In this document: one piece after another, positions 21,268 through 31,642 of the stretch | Layout of the letters: the number at the start of each line of letters is the position of its first letter | Position numbering within the stretch: position 1 is the first letter of the stretch | Assembly: GCA_963708295.1 (NCBI GenBank) | Contig: CAVPSJ010000004.1 | Coordinates: forward strand, 192,001-256,000 | Source of the DNA: an uncultured delta proteobacterium | GTDB lineage: Bacteria > Desulfobacterota > BSN033 > UBA1163 | Direction: 5' to 3' | Length of the DNA stretch: 64,000 nt | Notes under the pieces: model-generated | What the model was told of the DNA's origin: nothing | Databases searched by the model: none | What the model saw: only the letters and a program-made list of their open reading frames with translations | Translations under genes and position numbers: made by a program

Positions 21268-23034
21268 CTACCAACTCCCGCCACCTCCTCCACCAAAGCC
21301 GCCTCCGGAAGAACCCCCCCCTCCAAAACCACCGCCGCTCCCGCCCCCACTGCTTCCCCTCGGTGCGGAGAACATGGCAGAGGCAAGGTTCGAGGTGACG
21401 GAATTGATGGAATGGGCAAAGGCATAGGGAGTGAACGTCCGGAATCCTCCTGGGGAGACATACCAGTCGGGCGGGTCTTGGTAAATCCCTTTAAAGGCCT
21501 TTGCCCAGTGATCAACCACATCGAGGGCGATGGCATAAGGCAGGAATTTCGAGAAAAGATCTTTATCTCCCATTCGCTCAAGCCGATCTTTCTCGGCACG
21601 GTTCATGAATTCCTGAAAACCCAAAATGTCCATGTAAGCCAAAGCTCCCGCTCTTGTTTTTGCAGGCATGAACTTCGCGAAGCCAAGGACCGAGACCCCT
21701 ATTAAGAAAGCCGCGATGATGCCTTTCCATCCCGGGTTGGGTATAAAGAAACACAAGCAAGGACACCAAATACAAAAACAAGGATACCCCGCAACCCTAT
21801 ACGAATTTCTCACATTCTCCGGGTTGCTGAGAAAGTATTTTTTCCTTATGAGCTCTCCAAAGAGCACCTTTTTCAAAACGGGCAAATTGGCATAGAATTT
21901 ATTCTTCAGATCAGAAACAAGGTTCCCGGCAAGGCAGCCGGGAAAAAGTCTTTCATCAGCTCTATTTCAAAAGGGTTGAGATTCGAATCGGCCTCTTTTA
22001 CCTTCTTCAGGTAGTAATCCGTTTTATGAAAAATCAGTCCTTCTTTCTTCGTCTCTTCGATCTTGACGATATCCCTTAACCGCCAAGGCCGACAATTGTT
22101 GAAGTGATATCTCTTGGGTCGAGTTTTTCATCGATGAGGGTCCCGACCTCGGCCGGGGTGAGGGGCTGGTTGTCAAATTTCGGAGGTTCATACATGACGG
22201 TAATGGCCTCCCTCACTTTTGGATCTCTCCCCTTTCGATACCACTGATTGCAACATAAAGACAAAGAAAAAATGGGGAGCATAAATACCCAGTTTTCTCC
22301 AAGATTCATTGTCCACAAGAATCTCTTCCACGAAGACGGTGGAGAGACAAGCCCTTTATCCCACCCAAAGGCAATGGTCAGCCCTTCCCCCACGCCAAGG
22401 CTTCTCTTTGTAAAAAATTTAGCTCCATTCTCATAGGTTTGATATTCACAGTCCGATTCTTTCGAACCGGAACGCCCCGTGAAGGCCGCGGCCATGACAT
22501 TCTTGCTCTTCTCCTTAACAGCCAGGGCGGCAGTCCGCAGAGGCCTCCTTGATGGGCGCCTTCCAGTAATTTCCGGTCACGTTCCAGTAGAGCTCATCGT
22601 GATCCTTAAAGAAGAGGATCGCATTTTCGACTTGATAGGTAATGACATAAGTCTGATTCCCATCCACATATCGGTCGGGGTGGCCAATCCGTGATGTTGA
22701 GGATCGGACCGCTTCTTTCAAGCCTTGTATTTCCAGGCCTTTCCTGTGCCATCTTGACGGAGATAAACTCTGATGGGAGTCACAATGCCTTTGCCGAATT
22801 CATCCCTGTATTTGAAAGGGATCTCCCGGTAGATGCCATGTCTCGGCCGATCAAATTTCACATCGATCGTCTCTTTAACAGTAAAAGACGAATCGCGATG
22901 GATGGTGATATCGGAGTGAAATTTCGTAATGGTAAAGAACTGGGCAAAGGCAGGAGAAATAAGAAGGATGAGGCTGAGGTTAAGGCTCAGGGTGACAAAG
23001 ACAAAGAAACGGACAAACGGCTCCTGCTTTTCAT
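21268..23034 (-). CDS. DUF2207 membrane protein (multiple frameshifts)
   Basis: GIYREIP, DELYWNVTGN, GRDP..YEPP, FSKFLPYAIAL and Gly-rich GGGGGSW end in successive frames. Confidence 0.8.
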
Positions 23035-23149
23035 TCAATTCCCTCGATTCCGATCTAAGGCCGCAAATTAAAGGGCGAGCAATGTCGCCTCTGCCCTTCG
23101 ATGGCATTATCCTCTCCGCATTCCGCAATCTGCAATCTGAAATCTGTAA

Positions 23150-23707
23150 TTCTGAAAAACTGACTTTAGGCGCTTTTCGCTCCGCCTCCGGGGCCTCGAG
23201 CTGGAAGAGCTCTTCCCTCTTGAAGTTGAATTGGAGGCGATCAGGTTTGACGGAAACGTTTCGGTCGAGGATGTTGTAGTCCCGGACCACGGCATTGTAG
23301 TATCTTCTTGCCGATTCGATATTGTTTTCCAATTCCTGAAGCTGAGACTGAAGTTGAAGAAAGTTGGTATTGGCTTTTAATTCGGGATAGGCCTCTGCCA
23401 CGGCAAAGAGGCTCTTCAGGGTATCCCGAACATATTTTCAGCCTTCGCCATTTCCGCAGGTGTCGTTGCCTTCATGGCCATCGATCTTGCCTTTGTCACC
23501 TTTTCAAAGACCGATTTCTCATGAGCGGCATAGCCCTTGACGGTCTCGACCAGATTGGGTACGAGGTCGTAATCGCTTTTTACACTGGACATCAATATCC
23601 GACCACGAGGACTTCACCGTATTTCTGAGTCGGACGAGTTTGTTGTACATCGCGATCACTGCGAAGACAATGACGGCAAGGATGACAAGAATGACGATGA
23701 AGGTCAT
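23150..23707 (-). CDS. lemA: LemA family protein (frameshifted; 3' end approximate)
   Basis: [41 protein letters not shown]. Confidence 0.85.
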
Positions 23708-24015
23708 TTTTCTCCTCCTTTCCTCAGATCATTCTGTAGATTACAGAATCTCAAGAATTTTTGCAAGGGTTCTCTGGTTCAATACCGAGATTGGATATGG
23801 TTGTGAGGTTACTACCTTGGGTTCAAGGCCTTATTTGATCCTGAAGAAAGCAGGCGGGTAACAACCATGTGGGAAGAAGTCATCCTCGTATTCGCTCGTC
23901 ATTTCTAAAAGAAGCCCAGGGCTGAATGGACACGAAGCAATTGCAAAAGGGGCATCCGCCACTCAACCAAACGGTCAACACAATACAGTGAAGGACGGAA
24001 AGGGAACGGTTATCA

Positions 24016-24492
24016 TTACTTTCGATTAACCCGTCTCCTGTCTCCGCTCGTCATGCCCGCTCGATTCAAAACCTTCTTGACGTATTGGCTCGTCACCGGT
24101 CTTTTTGAATTCGGATCGCCACTATGATAGTGTCGCAATACCTTATCCCATGACACATACATCTTGTATAAATCCCCCAAGTACTGGATACCACACCGCA
24201 AATTCTCCTCCGGATCATATGCCAGATCCCAACTCTTCCCCTTCATGAAAATGTTCCAGACCTCTTCCGATACTTGCATGAGACCCCGGCAATTGGCAAC
24301 GGACTTGGCAAGAGGGTTACCAGACGACTCTGTATGGATAACCGCATAGACCAACTCGACGGGGACATCGACGGCCTTTGATTCAACGTTTATAAGATTC
24401 TGCAATGTAAGAATTCCTTGCGTTGATACTTCTCCGACTCCGATCAGCACAAGAGCAGGAACAAGAAAAATGATTGCGATCACGTTCTTCAT
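24016..24492 (-). CDS. SLT-domain lytic transglycosylase
   Basis: AVIHTESSG, GLMQV, NLRCGIQYL, YVKKV; GGAGG RBS. Confidence 0.85.
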   Translation of the reverse strand: MKNVIAIIFLVPALVLIGVGEVSTQGILTLQNLINVESKAVDVPVELVYAVIHTESSGNPLAKSVANCRGLMQVSEEVWNIFMKGKSWDLAYDPEENLRCGIQYLGDLYKMYVSWDKVLRHYHSGDPNSKRPVTSQYVKKVLNRAGMTSGDRRRVNRK

Positions 24493-24990
24493 TTCGCCTC
24501 CCCAAGCCCCGGGAACAAAGCCAAAACCCTTTATGGCGCCCTTAATCCCTCGTCCTCTAATGAATAGAGCTTTAAACAAAAGAAATGAGAGCAAAATCAG
24601 CGCCAAAATTTAATTGTTGATATTGCTGCAAACAGATGTTCATTTAGGACAATTGAGTTAAAAATGTTCCAATTTAACAAAACTAGAAAGTGGAAGTACT
24701 TTTCACAAAATTCCCTAATTCCTTCCCTCGAATAGGTAAGACTCTTCAGGTTGTGTGTAAAATGGGGGAATCCCCGATATCAGAAACCATCCCGAGCGAT
24801 CGTCTAAGGGGGCTGATAAATACACTATCTTTCCTCCTAAAATAGGGATTTCACCTTATTCCTTTTTGTCCAGTCCTCTAATAGGGTAAGAATGAAAATA
24901 GTACGACGTATCGAATTCTTTATGATTTGCACCCCTCCCCTTCACTCTCCACACTGGGGGGAGGGGGAGGATCATTCCCGGGAGGAAGTT

Positions 24991-25623
24991 ATGGATAAGG
25001 ACAAAGAGGAAAAAGATGGCCGTTGCGCAAGAGGGGTCACGCGCCGTGGATTTCTACAATTAATGGGAGCCGGCGCTGCGGCCTCGGTCACTACCGGTAC
25101 GTTAGCTGCTGAATCCGCCACAGAGATGATCACCCCTGCGGAAATGAGTAAGGTGACTCTGCAGATTAACGGCCGTCGGCACCGCCTCCTCATCGAACCA
25201 CGCTGGTCTCTTCTTTATGTCATCCGGGAAAGACTGGGGCTGACCGGGACAAAAATCGGCTGTGAGCGCGGGGAGTGTGGCGCCTGCACCGTGCTCATCA
25301 ATGGTCAGCCCCGCTACGCCTGTCTGATTCTCGCCGCGGAAGCCGAAGGAACGGAGGTTACGACTCTGGAAGGACTCATGAACGGGGAAGACCTTGGCTC
25401 TGTCCAGCAAGCTTTTGTGGAAAGCGATGCTTTCCAGTGCGGGTACTGCACCCCGGGCCAGATTATGGCCGCCGAGGGTCTTCTCCGCGCCAACCCGAAT
25501 CCTTCCATCGAAGAAATCCGACGAGGGATGAGCGGCAACCTCTGCCGCTGCGGCACCTATCCAAATATTTTTAAAGCCGTGCGCCGCGGGGCTGAGCTCA
25601 AAAGGGTTAAGGGAGGTGCGTGA
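24991..25623 (+). CDS. Xanthine dehydrogenase family 2Fe-2S subunit with Tat signal (PaoA-like)
   Basis: TRRGFL; GCERGECGAC; QCGYCTPG; CRC. Confidence 0.92.
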   Translation: MDKDKEEKDGRCARGVTRRGFLQLMGAGAAASVTTGTLAAESATEMITPAEMSKVTLQINGRRHRLLIEPRWSLLYVIRERLGLTGTKIGCERGECGACTVLINGQPRYACLILAAEAEGTEVTTLEGLMNGEDLGSVQQAFVESDAFQCGYCTPGQIMAAEGLLRANPNPSIEEIRRGMSGNLCRCGTYPNIFKAVRRGAELKRVKGGA

Positions 25624-27941
25624 TGAAAACAGAGGAAGCAAGACTCTACTACGTTCAGGGGCTCCCTGTCCCCGAAACCCCGAAGCCGAGTCAGGACCCG
25701 AAGCCCTGGAAAGAGACAGAAGTGATCGGCAAGCCCATGCCCCGTGTGGACGCCTATGAAAGGACCAGCGGCTCCGCCGTCTACCCTTCTGACACTTCTC
25801 TGCCTGACATGCTCTACGGTGCCATTCTCCGGTGTCCTCATCCTCATGCCAGGGTGAAGGAAGTCGTGACCGGTGATGCCGAGAAGATGCCCGGAGTCCG
25901 TGCTGTGATCACCGGCAAGACCCCCGGAGCTAACATTGATTGGCCCTATCTGGGAGGAATAAAGACCAAACTCTTCGACGCCCTCTGCCGGCATGAAGGT
26001 GAGGAAATCGCCGCCGTGGCGGCTGAGACTCCTTACCAGGCATGGGACGCCCTCAAGAAAATCAAGGTGAACTATGAGGTGCTGTCCTTCGTGGTGGACG
26101 AGCGAAAATCTCTTGAGTCAGGTGTTCCATCGATTCATGAAGGCGGGAACCGAGTGGGTGAGCAAAAATACGAGCGGGGCGACGTTGAGAAAGGGTTCGC
26201 TGAGGCGGATGTGGTGATCGAAGAAAGCTACAGGAGCGAAAGCGAACTCCATACCCCCATGGAACTTCACGGGTGTGTCGCCAAATGGGACGGAGACCGT
26301 CTGACCCTCTGGGAATCCACCCAGGGAGTTTACGCCGTACAGGCAAGAGTCGCTGAAGTGCTCGGGCTTTCCCTTTCCAATGTTCGGGTCATCGGCCACT
26401 ACATGGGTGGCGGCTTCGGCAGTAAGCTACAGCCGGGCAAGTACACGATTATCGCTGCATTGCTGGCGAAGAAGACGGCTCGCCCGGTCAAGCTCTTCCT
26501 TACCCGCGATGAAACCTATCTTTGTGTTGGCAACCGGCCTCCCTGCAACATGAAACTGAAAGCTGGAGTCAAGAAAGACGGCACGATGACGGCCCTCGAC
26601 TTTAGCTGTATCGGGACAGGGGGCGCTTATCCGGCAAACGGGACGGGTCTGGTGGACTGGCTCATTCGGGACCTCTACTTATGCCCAAACGTGCGAACCA
26701 AAATGACGGACGTCTATATCAACGCCGGTCCGGCCCGGCCCTTCAGGGCTCCGGGTCACCCCCAAGGCTCCTGGGCTTTGGAGCAGATGCTTGATGCCTT
26801 AGCTCGCGCCATTGATATGGACCCTGTTGAGCTCCGGTTGAAGAATATCCCCACCTACAGCCAAGCCCGTGACGGCAACCCTCCTTATACCACCACCGGC
26901 CTCAAGAAATGCCTGGAGGAGGGAGCCAAGGCCTTCGGATGGAAGGAGGCTAGAGGGAAGGGGGAGCCAAAGGGACATATTCGCCGCGGTGTGGGAATGG
27001 CGAGCGGTTTATGGTTCGCCGGGGGCGGTGGACCCCCTTCCACGGTGGTCGTCAAGTTCTTTCCCGATGGGAGCGCCAACCTGAATATGGGCGCCAGTGA
27101 CCTTGGCACGGGGACCAAAACGGTCATGGCCATGGTTGTCTCGGAGGAATTAGGAATCCCGACAAGAAAGATCCAGATCGAGCATGCCGACACAGGAACC
27201 ACCCAGTATGCTACACCCAGCGGGGGCAGCAAAACGATCCCTACGGAATCGCCAACGGTTCGCGCAGCCTGCCTGGATGTCAAAAAGCAACTGTTCAAGA
27301 TGGCGGCCAAGGACTTAAAAACGGACCCCTCCGACCTGACGCTAAGGAAGGGCGAGGTAATTTCGAGTAGCGAACCTTCAAAGAAGATGAAGATCGCCGA
27401 TATCTCCGATTTCAAAAAACGCGGACTGGTCCTTGGAGTAGGTTATCGCGGTCCGAATCCGGAAAACAAAGTCGTCAACCCTTTTGTCGCCCAGTTCTGC
27501 GAGGTAGAAGTCAATACGAAGACGGGCGAGGTCAAGGTGTTGCGCTTCCTTGCTGCCCAGGAGAGCGGCCGGGTGATGAACAGACTGACCTTCGACAACC
27601 AGGTCATTGGAGGAATTACCATGGGAATTGGTTTCGGGATGACCGAGGTTCGGGTTCTGGATGGCGATCAGACAGGAAAGATGGTCAACAAAAACTGGCA
27701 TGACTACAAGCTTCCGACGGCTCTGGATGTTCCTCTGGAGATCACTTCCATGCCCGTTGAGCTTGAGGATCCCATCGCCAATAGTGCCGGGGCGAAGGGA
27801 TTGGGAGAGCCGGTGACAATCCCCACTGCACCAGCCATCGCCAATGCGATCTATGATGCGACCGGCGTGCGGGCGACCCGAACGCCCGTCAACCCGTTAC
27901 AGCTCTGCCAGTTGATCTCGGATCGCCGGAAGGAGAAATGA
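25620..27941 (+). CDS. Xanthine dehydrogenase family molybdopterin subunit (PaoC-like)
   Basis: GGGFGSK, FRAPG, SGGS, AKGLGE. Confidence 0.92.
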   Translation: MMKTEEARLYYVQGLPVPETPKPSQDPKPWKETEVIGKPMPRVDAYERTSGSAVYPSDTSLPDMLYGAILRCPHPHARVKEVVTGDAEKMPGVRAVITGKTPGANIDWPYLGGIKTKLFDALCRHEGEEIAAVAAETPYQAWDALKKIKVNYEVLSFVVDERKSLESGVPSIHEGGNRVGEQKYERGDVEKGFAEADVVIEESYRSESELHTPMELHGCVAKWDGDRLTLWESTQGVYAVQARVAEVLGLSLSNVRVIGHYMGGGFGSKLQPGKYTIIAALLAKKTARPVKLFLTRDETYLCVGNRPPCNMKLKAGVKKDGTMTALDFSCIGTGGAYPANGTGLVDWLIRDLYLCPNVRTKMTDVYINAGPARPFRAPGHPQGSWALEQMLDALARAIDMDPVELRLKNIPTYSQARDGNPPYTTTGLKKCLEEGAKAFGWKEARGKGEPKGHIRRGVGMASGLWFAGGGGPPSTVVVKFFPDGSANLNMGASDLGTGTKTVMAMVVSEELGIPTRKIQIEHADTGTTQYATPSGGSKTIPTESPTVRAACLDVKKQLFKMAAKDLKTDPSDLTLRKGEVISSSEPSKKMKIADISDFKKRGLVLGVGYRGPNPENKVVNPFVAQFCEVEVNTKTGEVKVLRFLAAQESGRVMNRLTFDNQVIGGITMGIGFGMTEVRVLDGDQTGKMVNKNWHDYKLPTALDVPLEITSMPVELEDPIANSAGAKGLGEPVTIPTAPAIANAIYDATGVRATRTPVNPLQLCQLISDRRKEK

Positions 27942-27944
27942 GCC

Positions 27945-28925
27945 ATGTCGATGCCGAACTTCAGCTATGTAAAAGCAAAGTCACTCAAAGAGGCGATCAG
28001 CCACCTTTCATCAAAAGGGGCGAGAATCCATGCAGGTGGGACCGACCTCCTGGGCTGCCTTCGGGATGATATTTTCGAGGCCGAAAAATTGGTGAGCATC
28101 GGGCAACTCAAGGCCCTCCGCGGTATCAGCCAGGCAAGCGACGGCGGACTCCGGATCGGAGCCCTCACCACGATTGCCGAAATTGAAAATAATAAGACCC
28201 TCCGGGAGCGCTATTCCGCCCTGGCCCAGGCTGCCTCTGAGGTGGGAAGCCCTCAACTTCGGAACCAGGGGACGATTGGCGGAAACATCTGCCAGAAGCC
28301 CCGGTGCTGGTACTATCGGGGAGAATTCAATTGCCTTCGTAAGGGCGGAGATACGTGTTACGCGTACCAGGGTGAAAACCAGTTTCACTGCATCTTCGGC
28401 GGGGATGGGTGCTACATCGTCCATCCCTCAGACACGGCCCCTGCCCTCGTTGCCTTCGAGGCCATGGTCCGGGTGAGCGGGCCGGGTGGAACCCGTCTTG
28501 TGCCCATCGCAAAATTTCATGTTCCTCCCGGCGAGAATGTCCAGAAAGAAACTATTCTGAAACCCAATGAAATCGTCAATGAGATTCTTCTGCCGTCAGC
28601 GAAGGGAACGCTGCACAGTTCCTATCGAAAAGTGCGCGCCCGTCGATCCTGGGACTTTGCCCTGGCAAGTGTGGCCCTGGTACTGCAATTCGACGGCGAC
28701 AAGATTGCCAGGGCACGTGTCGTGTTTGGCGGCGCAGCGCCCGTTCCCTGGCGTTCCAAAGAAGTTGAAGAGGCGATTACCGGCAGACGCTTGGATGCTG
28801 AGACCGTGACCAGGGCGGCAGCCGCTGCCGTCAAGAATGCTCAACCCTTGAAACAGAACGGTTACAAGATTCCTCTCTTTCGCGGCATGATAGAGGAAGA
28901 GCTTACAGCCATCGCCCGCGTGTAG
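27945..28925 (+). CDS. Xanthine dehydrogenase family FAD subunit with 4Fe-4S insert (PaoB-like)
   Basis: AGGTDL, RNQGTIGGN, CQKPRCWYYR..C..C..C..HPSD. Confidence 0.92.
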   Translation: MSMPNFSYVKAKSLKEAISHLSSKGARIHAGGTDLLGCLRDDIFEAEKLVSIGQLKALRGISQASDGGLRIGALTTIAEIENNKTLRERYSALAQAASEVGSPQLRNQGTIGGNICQKPRCWYYRGEFNCLRKGGDTCYAYQGENQFHCIFGGDGCYIVHPSDTAPALVAFEAMVRVSGPGGTRLVPIAKFHVPPGENVQKETILKPNEIVNEILLPSAKGTLHSSYRKVRARRSWDFALASVALVLQFDGDKIARARVVFGGAAPVPWRSKEVEEAITGRRLDAETVTRAAAAAVKNAQPLKQNGYKIPLFRGMIEEELTAIARV

Positions 28926-28947
28926 AGAGGGATGAAAGGAGAACAGG

Positions 28948-29283
28948 ATGGCAGTGGAAAAGATGTGGTCTTACAAAAACTTTGATGTTAGCGAAGGGCT
29001 CAAGCCCGGGAGTAAGCATTTCCAATATTTCTTTGTGGTTTCTGAAAAAGGCAAGAAAAAATGTAATTACTGTGTATGGATCGACGATGAGAACCTAACC
29101 CACTTCACCACTCATTCCAAGGAATTTGAAGAAATTGCGTCCCTCAAGAAAGACCAATGGAAGAAATGGGTTCAGGGAAAAATCGATCAGGGAGATTTCA
29201 AAAATCTAGTTTTGAAGCTCGAAAAAAACGGCCAGAAAGAGATCGATCTTTCTGAAATGAAGAAGGCGCTGAAGCCCGAGTGA
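28948..29283 (+). CDS. Hypothetical protein
   Basis: AGGAG RBS, 111-aa soluble ORF, co-oriented with the molybdoenzyme genes. Confidence 0.6.
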   Translation: MAVEKMWSYKNFDVSEGLKPGSKHFQYFFVVSEKGKKKCNYCVWIDDENLTHFTTHSKEFEEIASLKKDQWKKWVQGKIDQGDFKNLVLKLEKNGQKEIDLSEMKKALKPE

Positions 29284-29301
29284 TGGGTATCAAATCAGGG
29301 T

Positions 29302-29528
29302 TCACCGCTGAGACGCAGAGAACGCCGAGGTTTTTTTTGTGATCCAATCCTTCGAGACACAAGATTGGATCACAAGCGCTTACCCTTCGGGAAATTTCAA
29401 GCTTTGTACCAAGGCTTTAGCCCTGCAACAAGGTAGGTTCTCATCTAGAACAGAGCTTTTTGTTTGGCGGCCTCTCACCGCCAAACAAAAACAATCATTT
29501 CTCCGCGTCCTCTGCGGCTCTGCGGTGA
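29302..29528. repeat. Palindromic MITE-like element with nested hairpins
   Basis: tcaccgctgagacgcagag at the left end, ctctgcggctctgcggtga at the right; inner stems gtgatccaatc/gattggatcac and ttgtttggcgg/ccgccaaacaa. Confidence 0.65.
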
Positions 29529-29555
29529 GATTTCTATTTTGACAAGAATGGTTCC

Positions 29556-30875
29556 TTAACAAAGCTTTCTGCTTCCTCCCCTAAAATACCCCTCTGCTTT
29601 TTTGACGGCAGGCCAGAGCCCAAGGTTCATCGGACCGAAGATGATCAGGCTTCTTCTGATGTGGAAGGGGTTGAAGATTCTTTTCAGGATGGAGGGGATG
29701 GAATAAAAAGACCGGTTCACCTTCCAGAATCCTTCTTGGAGTTCTTCGACGGTCATCCGCTTGGGTTGAAAAACGACGGTGGCCATATCATACTTCGACC
29801 AATCCTCCGTTAAAATCCTTCCCTCCTGTTTTAATCTCTGATAAATCCGGGTCCCGGGAAAAGGGGTGAGCAGGGGGAGAAAAGCCCCTTCAATTCGGTT
29901 TCGCTCAGCAAATTCCAGAAACTCATCAAAGACCGCCGGGTCATCATAATCATAACCAAAGACAAAGGAGGCATAGACTCCGATGCCAGCGTCATGAAGT
30001 TTTTGAATTCCTCTTTCATAGGCTCCTACCCGGTTGATTCGCTTCCCCATCAGACTCAGGTTCTCCTCGCGAAGGCTCTCCAATCCGATGAAGAGCCCAT
30101 GACAACCGGCCTTAGCCATCAGGGAAACCATTTCTTCATCTTCCGCAATATGGATCGGTCCCTGGCTCACCCAGCGCAACCGATAATGGGAAAGCATGGT
30201 GAGGAGTTCTTTGGCATGGGAAACGTTCCCAACAAGATTATCATCGACAAAGAAGATGTAGGCCTTTGACCGCTGCAGGGATTGAATCTCTTTTTCAACT
30301 TCGGAGACCGGTCTCATCCGATAGGATCTTCCGTGAAGAGCCGTCACCGAACAGAATTCACAATCATAAGGACAACCCCTTGTGGTCTGGATCAGATTGT
30401 GAAAGAGGTACCCCCTGGAGGGAAAAAGATCTCTTCTCGGAAGCGCAAGGCGGCTGAGGTCTGTTCTCTCCTTCTGGCGATAAAAAGGTTTCATCGTCCC
30501 TTTTTCAGCATCTTCCAACATCTCGCCCCAGACCTCGTCTGCTTCGCCGATGGCCACGCTATCGCAGTGGGCTTTTGCCTCATCCGGAAGCCAGGAGGCG
30601 TGAATGCCCCCCATCACCACCTTTCTCCCTCTTCTTCGAAATTCGTCCGCAATCTCATACCCCCTGGGGGCTAAAGGGGTAATGGCGGTAATCGCGACCA
30701 GGTCCACCTCTTGATCGAAGTCGATCTCGGCAAGGCTTTCATCCACGATGCGGAGTTGATGATTTTCGGGGGTGAGCCCTGCAAGGAGGGAAGTCGAAAG
30801 CAAAGGGAATTTAAATGCGATCACATCCCAGAAACTATCCTTCGGCCATCTGGGAATAATAAAGGCAATCCTCAT
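29556..30875 (-). CDS. Cobalamin-binding radical SAM protein
   Basis: N-terminal B12-binding domain (VMGGIHAS, GEAD); RGCPYDCEFC; TPFPGT. Confidence 0.9.
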   Translation of the reverse strand: MRIAFIIPRWPKDSFWDVIAFKFPLLSTSLLAGLTPENHQLRIVDESLAEIDFDQEVDLVAITAITPLAPRGYEIADEFRRRGRKVVMGGIHASWLPDEAKAHCDSVAIGEADEVWGEMLEDAEKGTMKPFYRQKERTDLSRLALPRRDLFPSRGYLFHNLIQTTRGCPYDCEFCSVTALHGRSYRMRPVSEVEKEIQSLQRSKAYIFFVDDNLVGNVSHAKELLTMLSHYRLRWVSQGPIHIAEDEEMVSLMAKAGCHGLFIGLESLREENLSLMGKRINRVGAYERGIQKLHDAGIGVYASFVFGYDYDDPAVFDEFLEFAERNRIEGAFLPLLTPFPGTRIYQRLKQEGRILTEDWSKYDMATVVFQPKRMTVEELQEGFWKVNRSFYSIPSILKRIFNPFHIRRSLIIFGPMNLGLWPAVKKAEGYFRGGSRKLC

Positions 30876-31486
30876 TCCAGTTTCTTTCCTTTCAAAAACT
30901 GAGCTAACGGTCTGACGTCCACTCCCTCCGGAGCAACCCACTCAAAGGTATCTGCCGGCAGGGGTCGATTGATGGAGATTTCCTTCAATTTCAAGTCGAC
31001 ACGAGTCTCCTTCTCTGGCATCTCGATCAGGATCCGATCCGGAACATCGCTGCCTTCGGGCTTTTCCGCGGAAATCTTAATGTTTGTCTTTGAGATGAGG
31101 TCTCCAAATTCCGAAACTTCCCCGGTGTAAGCCCGATTCTGCAAAGGGCTGAAAAGGAGGAATTCCCCACCCCGGTAAAGAACATCAAATACACCCATTC
31201 CGAAGGGGTGATAGCCCAGGATACGAAGCTTATCCGGTTTCTCGTAGAAGACGACCCCGTTCAGCAGAAATCTGAGTTCCTCGCCTTTTCTCACGGTATC
31301 CAGGCGAATCGACGCCTTTGCCTGAAGAGATTCGGCAGCGGAAAAGGATTCAAGAAATTTAGCCACGGGATCCTTAGCAGGAGGCGCCTCGAAAGAAGGA
31401 ATCTTCGTTAATTTCTTGGGACACCCCGAAAGAAACAGCCCCATCAAAAAGAGACACGGAATCAAAAACCAGAGTCTTCGGATCAT
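30872..31486 (-). CDS. Lipoprotein, LolA/LolB-like
   Basis: Lipobox LSGC; KPDKLRI..PFG; C-terminal 'INRPLPADTF'. Confidence 0.6.
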   Translation of the reverse strand: MIRRLWFLIPCLFLMGLFLSGCPKKLTKIPSFEAPPAKDPVAKFLESFSAAESLQAKASIRLDTVRKGEELRFLLNGVVFYEKPDKLRILGYHPFGMGVFDVLYRGGEFLLFSPLQNRAYTGEVSEFGDLISKTNIKISAEKPEGSDVPDRILIEMPEKETRVDLKLKEISINRPLPADTFEWVAPEGVDVRPLAQFLKGKKLE

Positions 31487-31518
31487 CTCAACATTCTCCT
31501 TTAAAATTAATGAAAGTG

Positions 31519-31622
31519 GTCAAGGATTCAAGGGTTCATGGGATCAAGGCATGAAAGAATAAAGACTCTTTTAGTTTCTGCGTTTCACTCAACCCCTCGA
31601 ACCCTAGACTCCTGGAACCCTT
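31519..31622. repeat. Inverted array of degenerate 8-mers
   Basis: caaggatt/caagggtt facing gaacccta/gactcctg/gaaccctt. Confidence 0.6.
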
Positions 31623-31642
31623 CCAGATAACCTTCCAGGTTG

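Noticed and set aside
22718-23401. LemA-DUF2207 fusion protein
   Set aside because: The linker is repeat-derived, DUF2207 has its own signal peptide and nearby ATG, and the region is indel-rich
24016-24492. Prophage or conjugation locus around the lytic transglycosylase
   Set aside because: No phage or type IV secretion genes nearby
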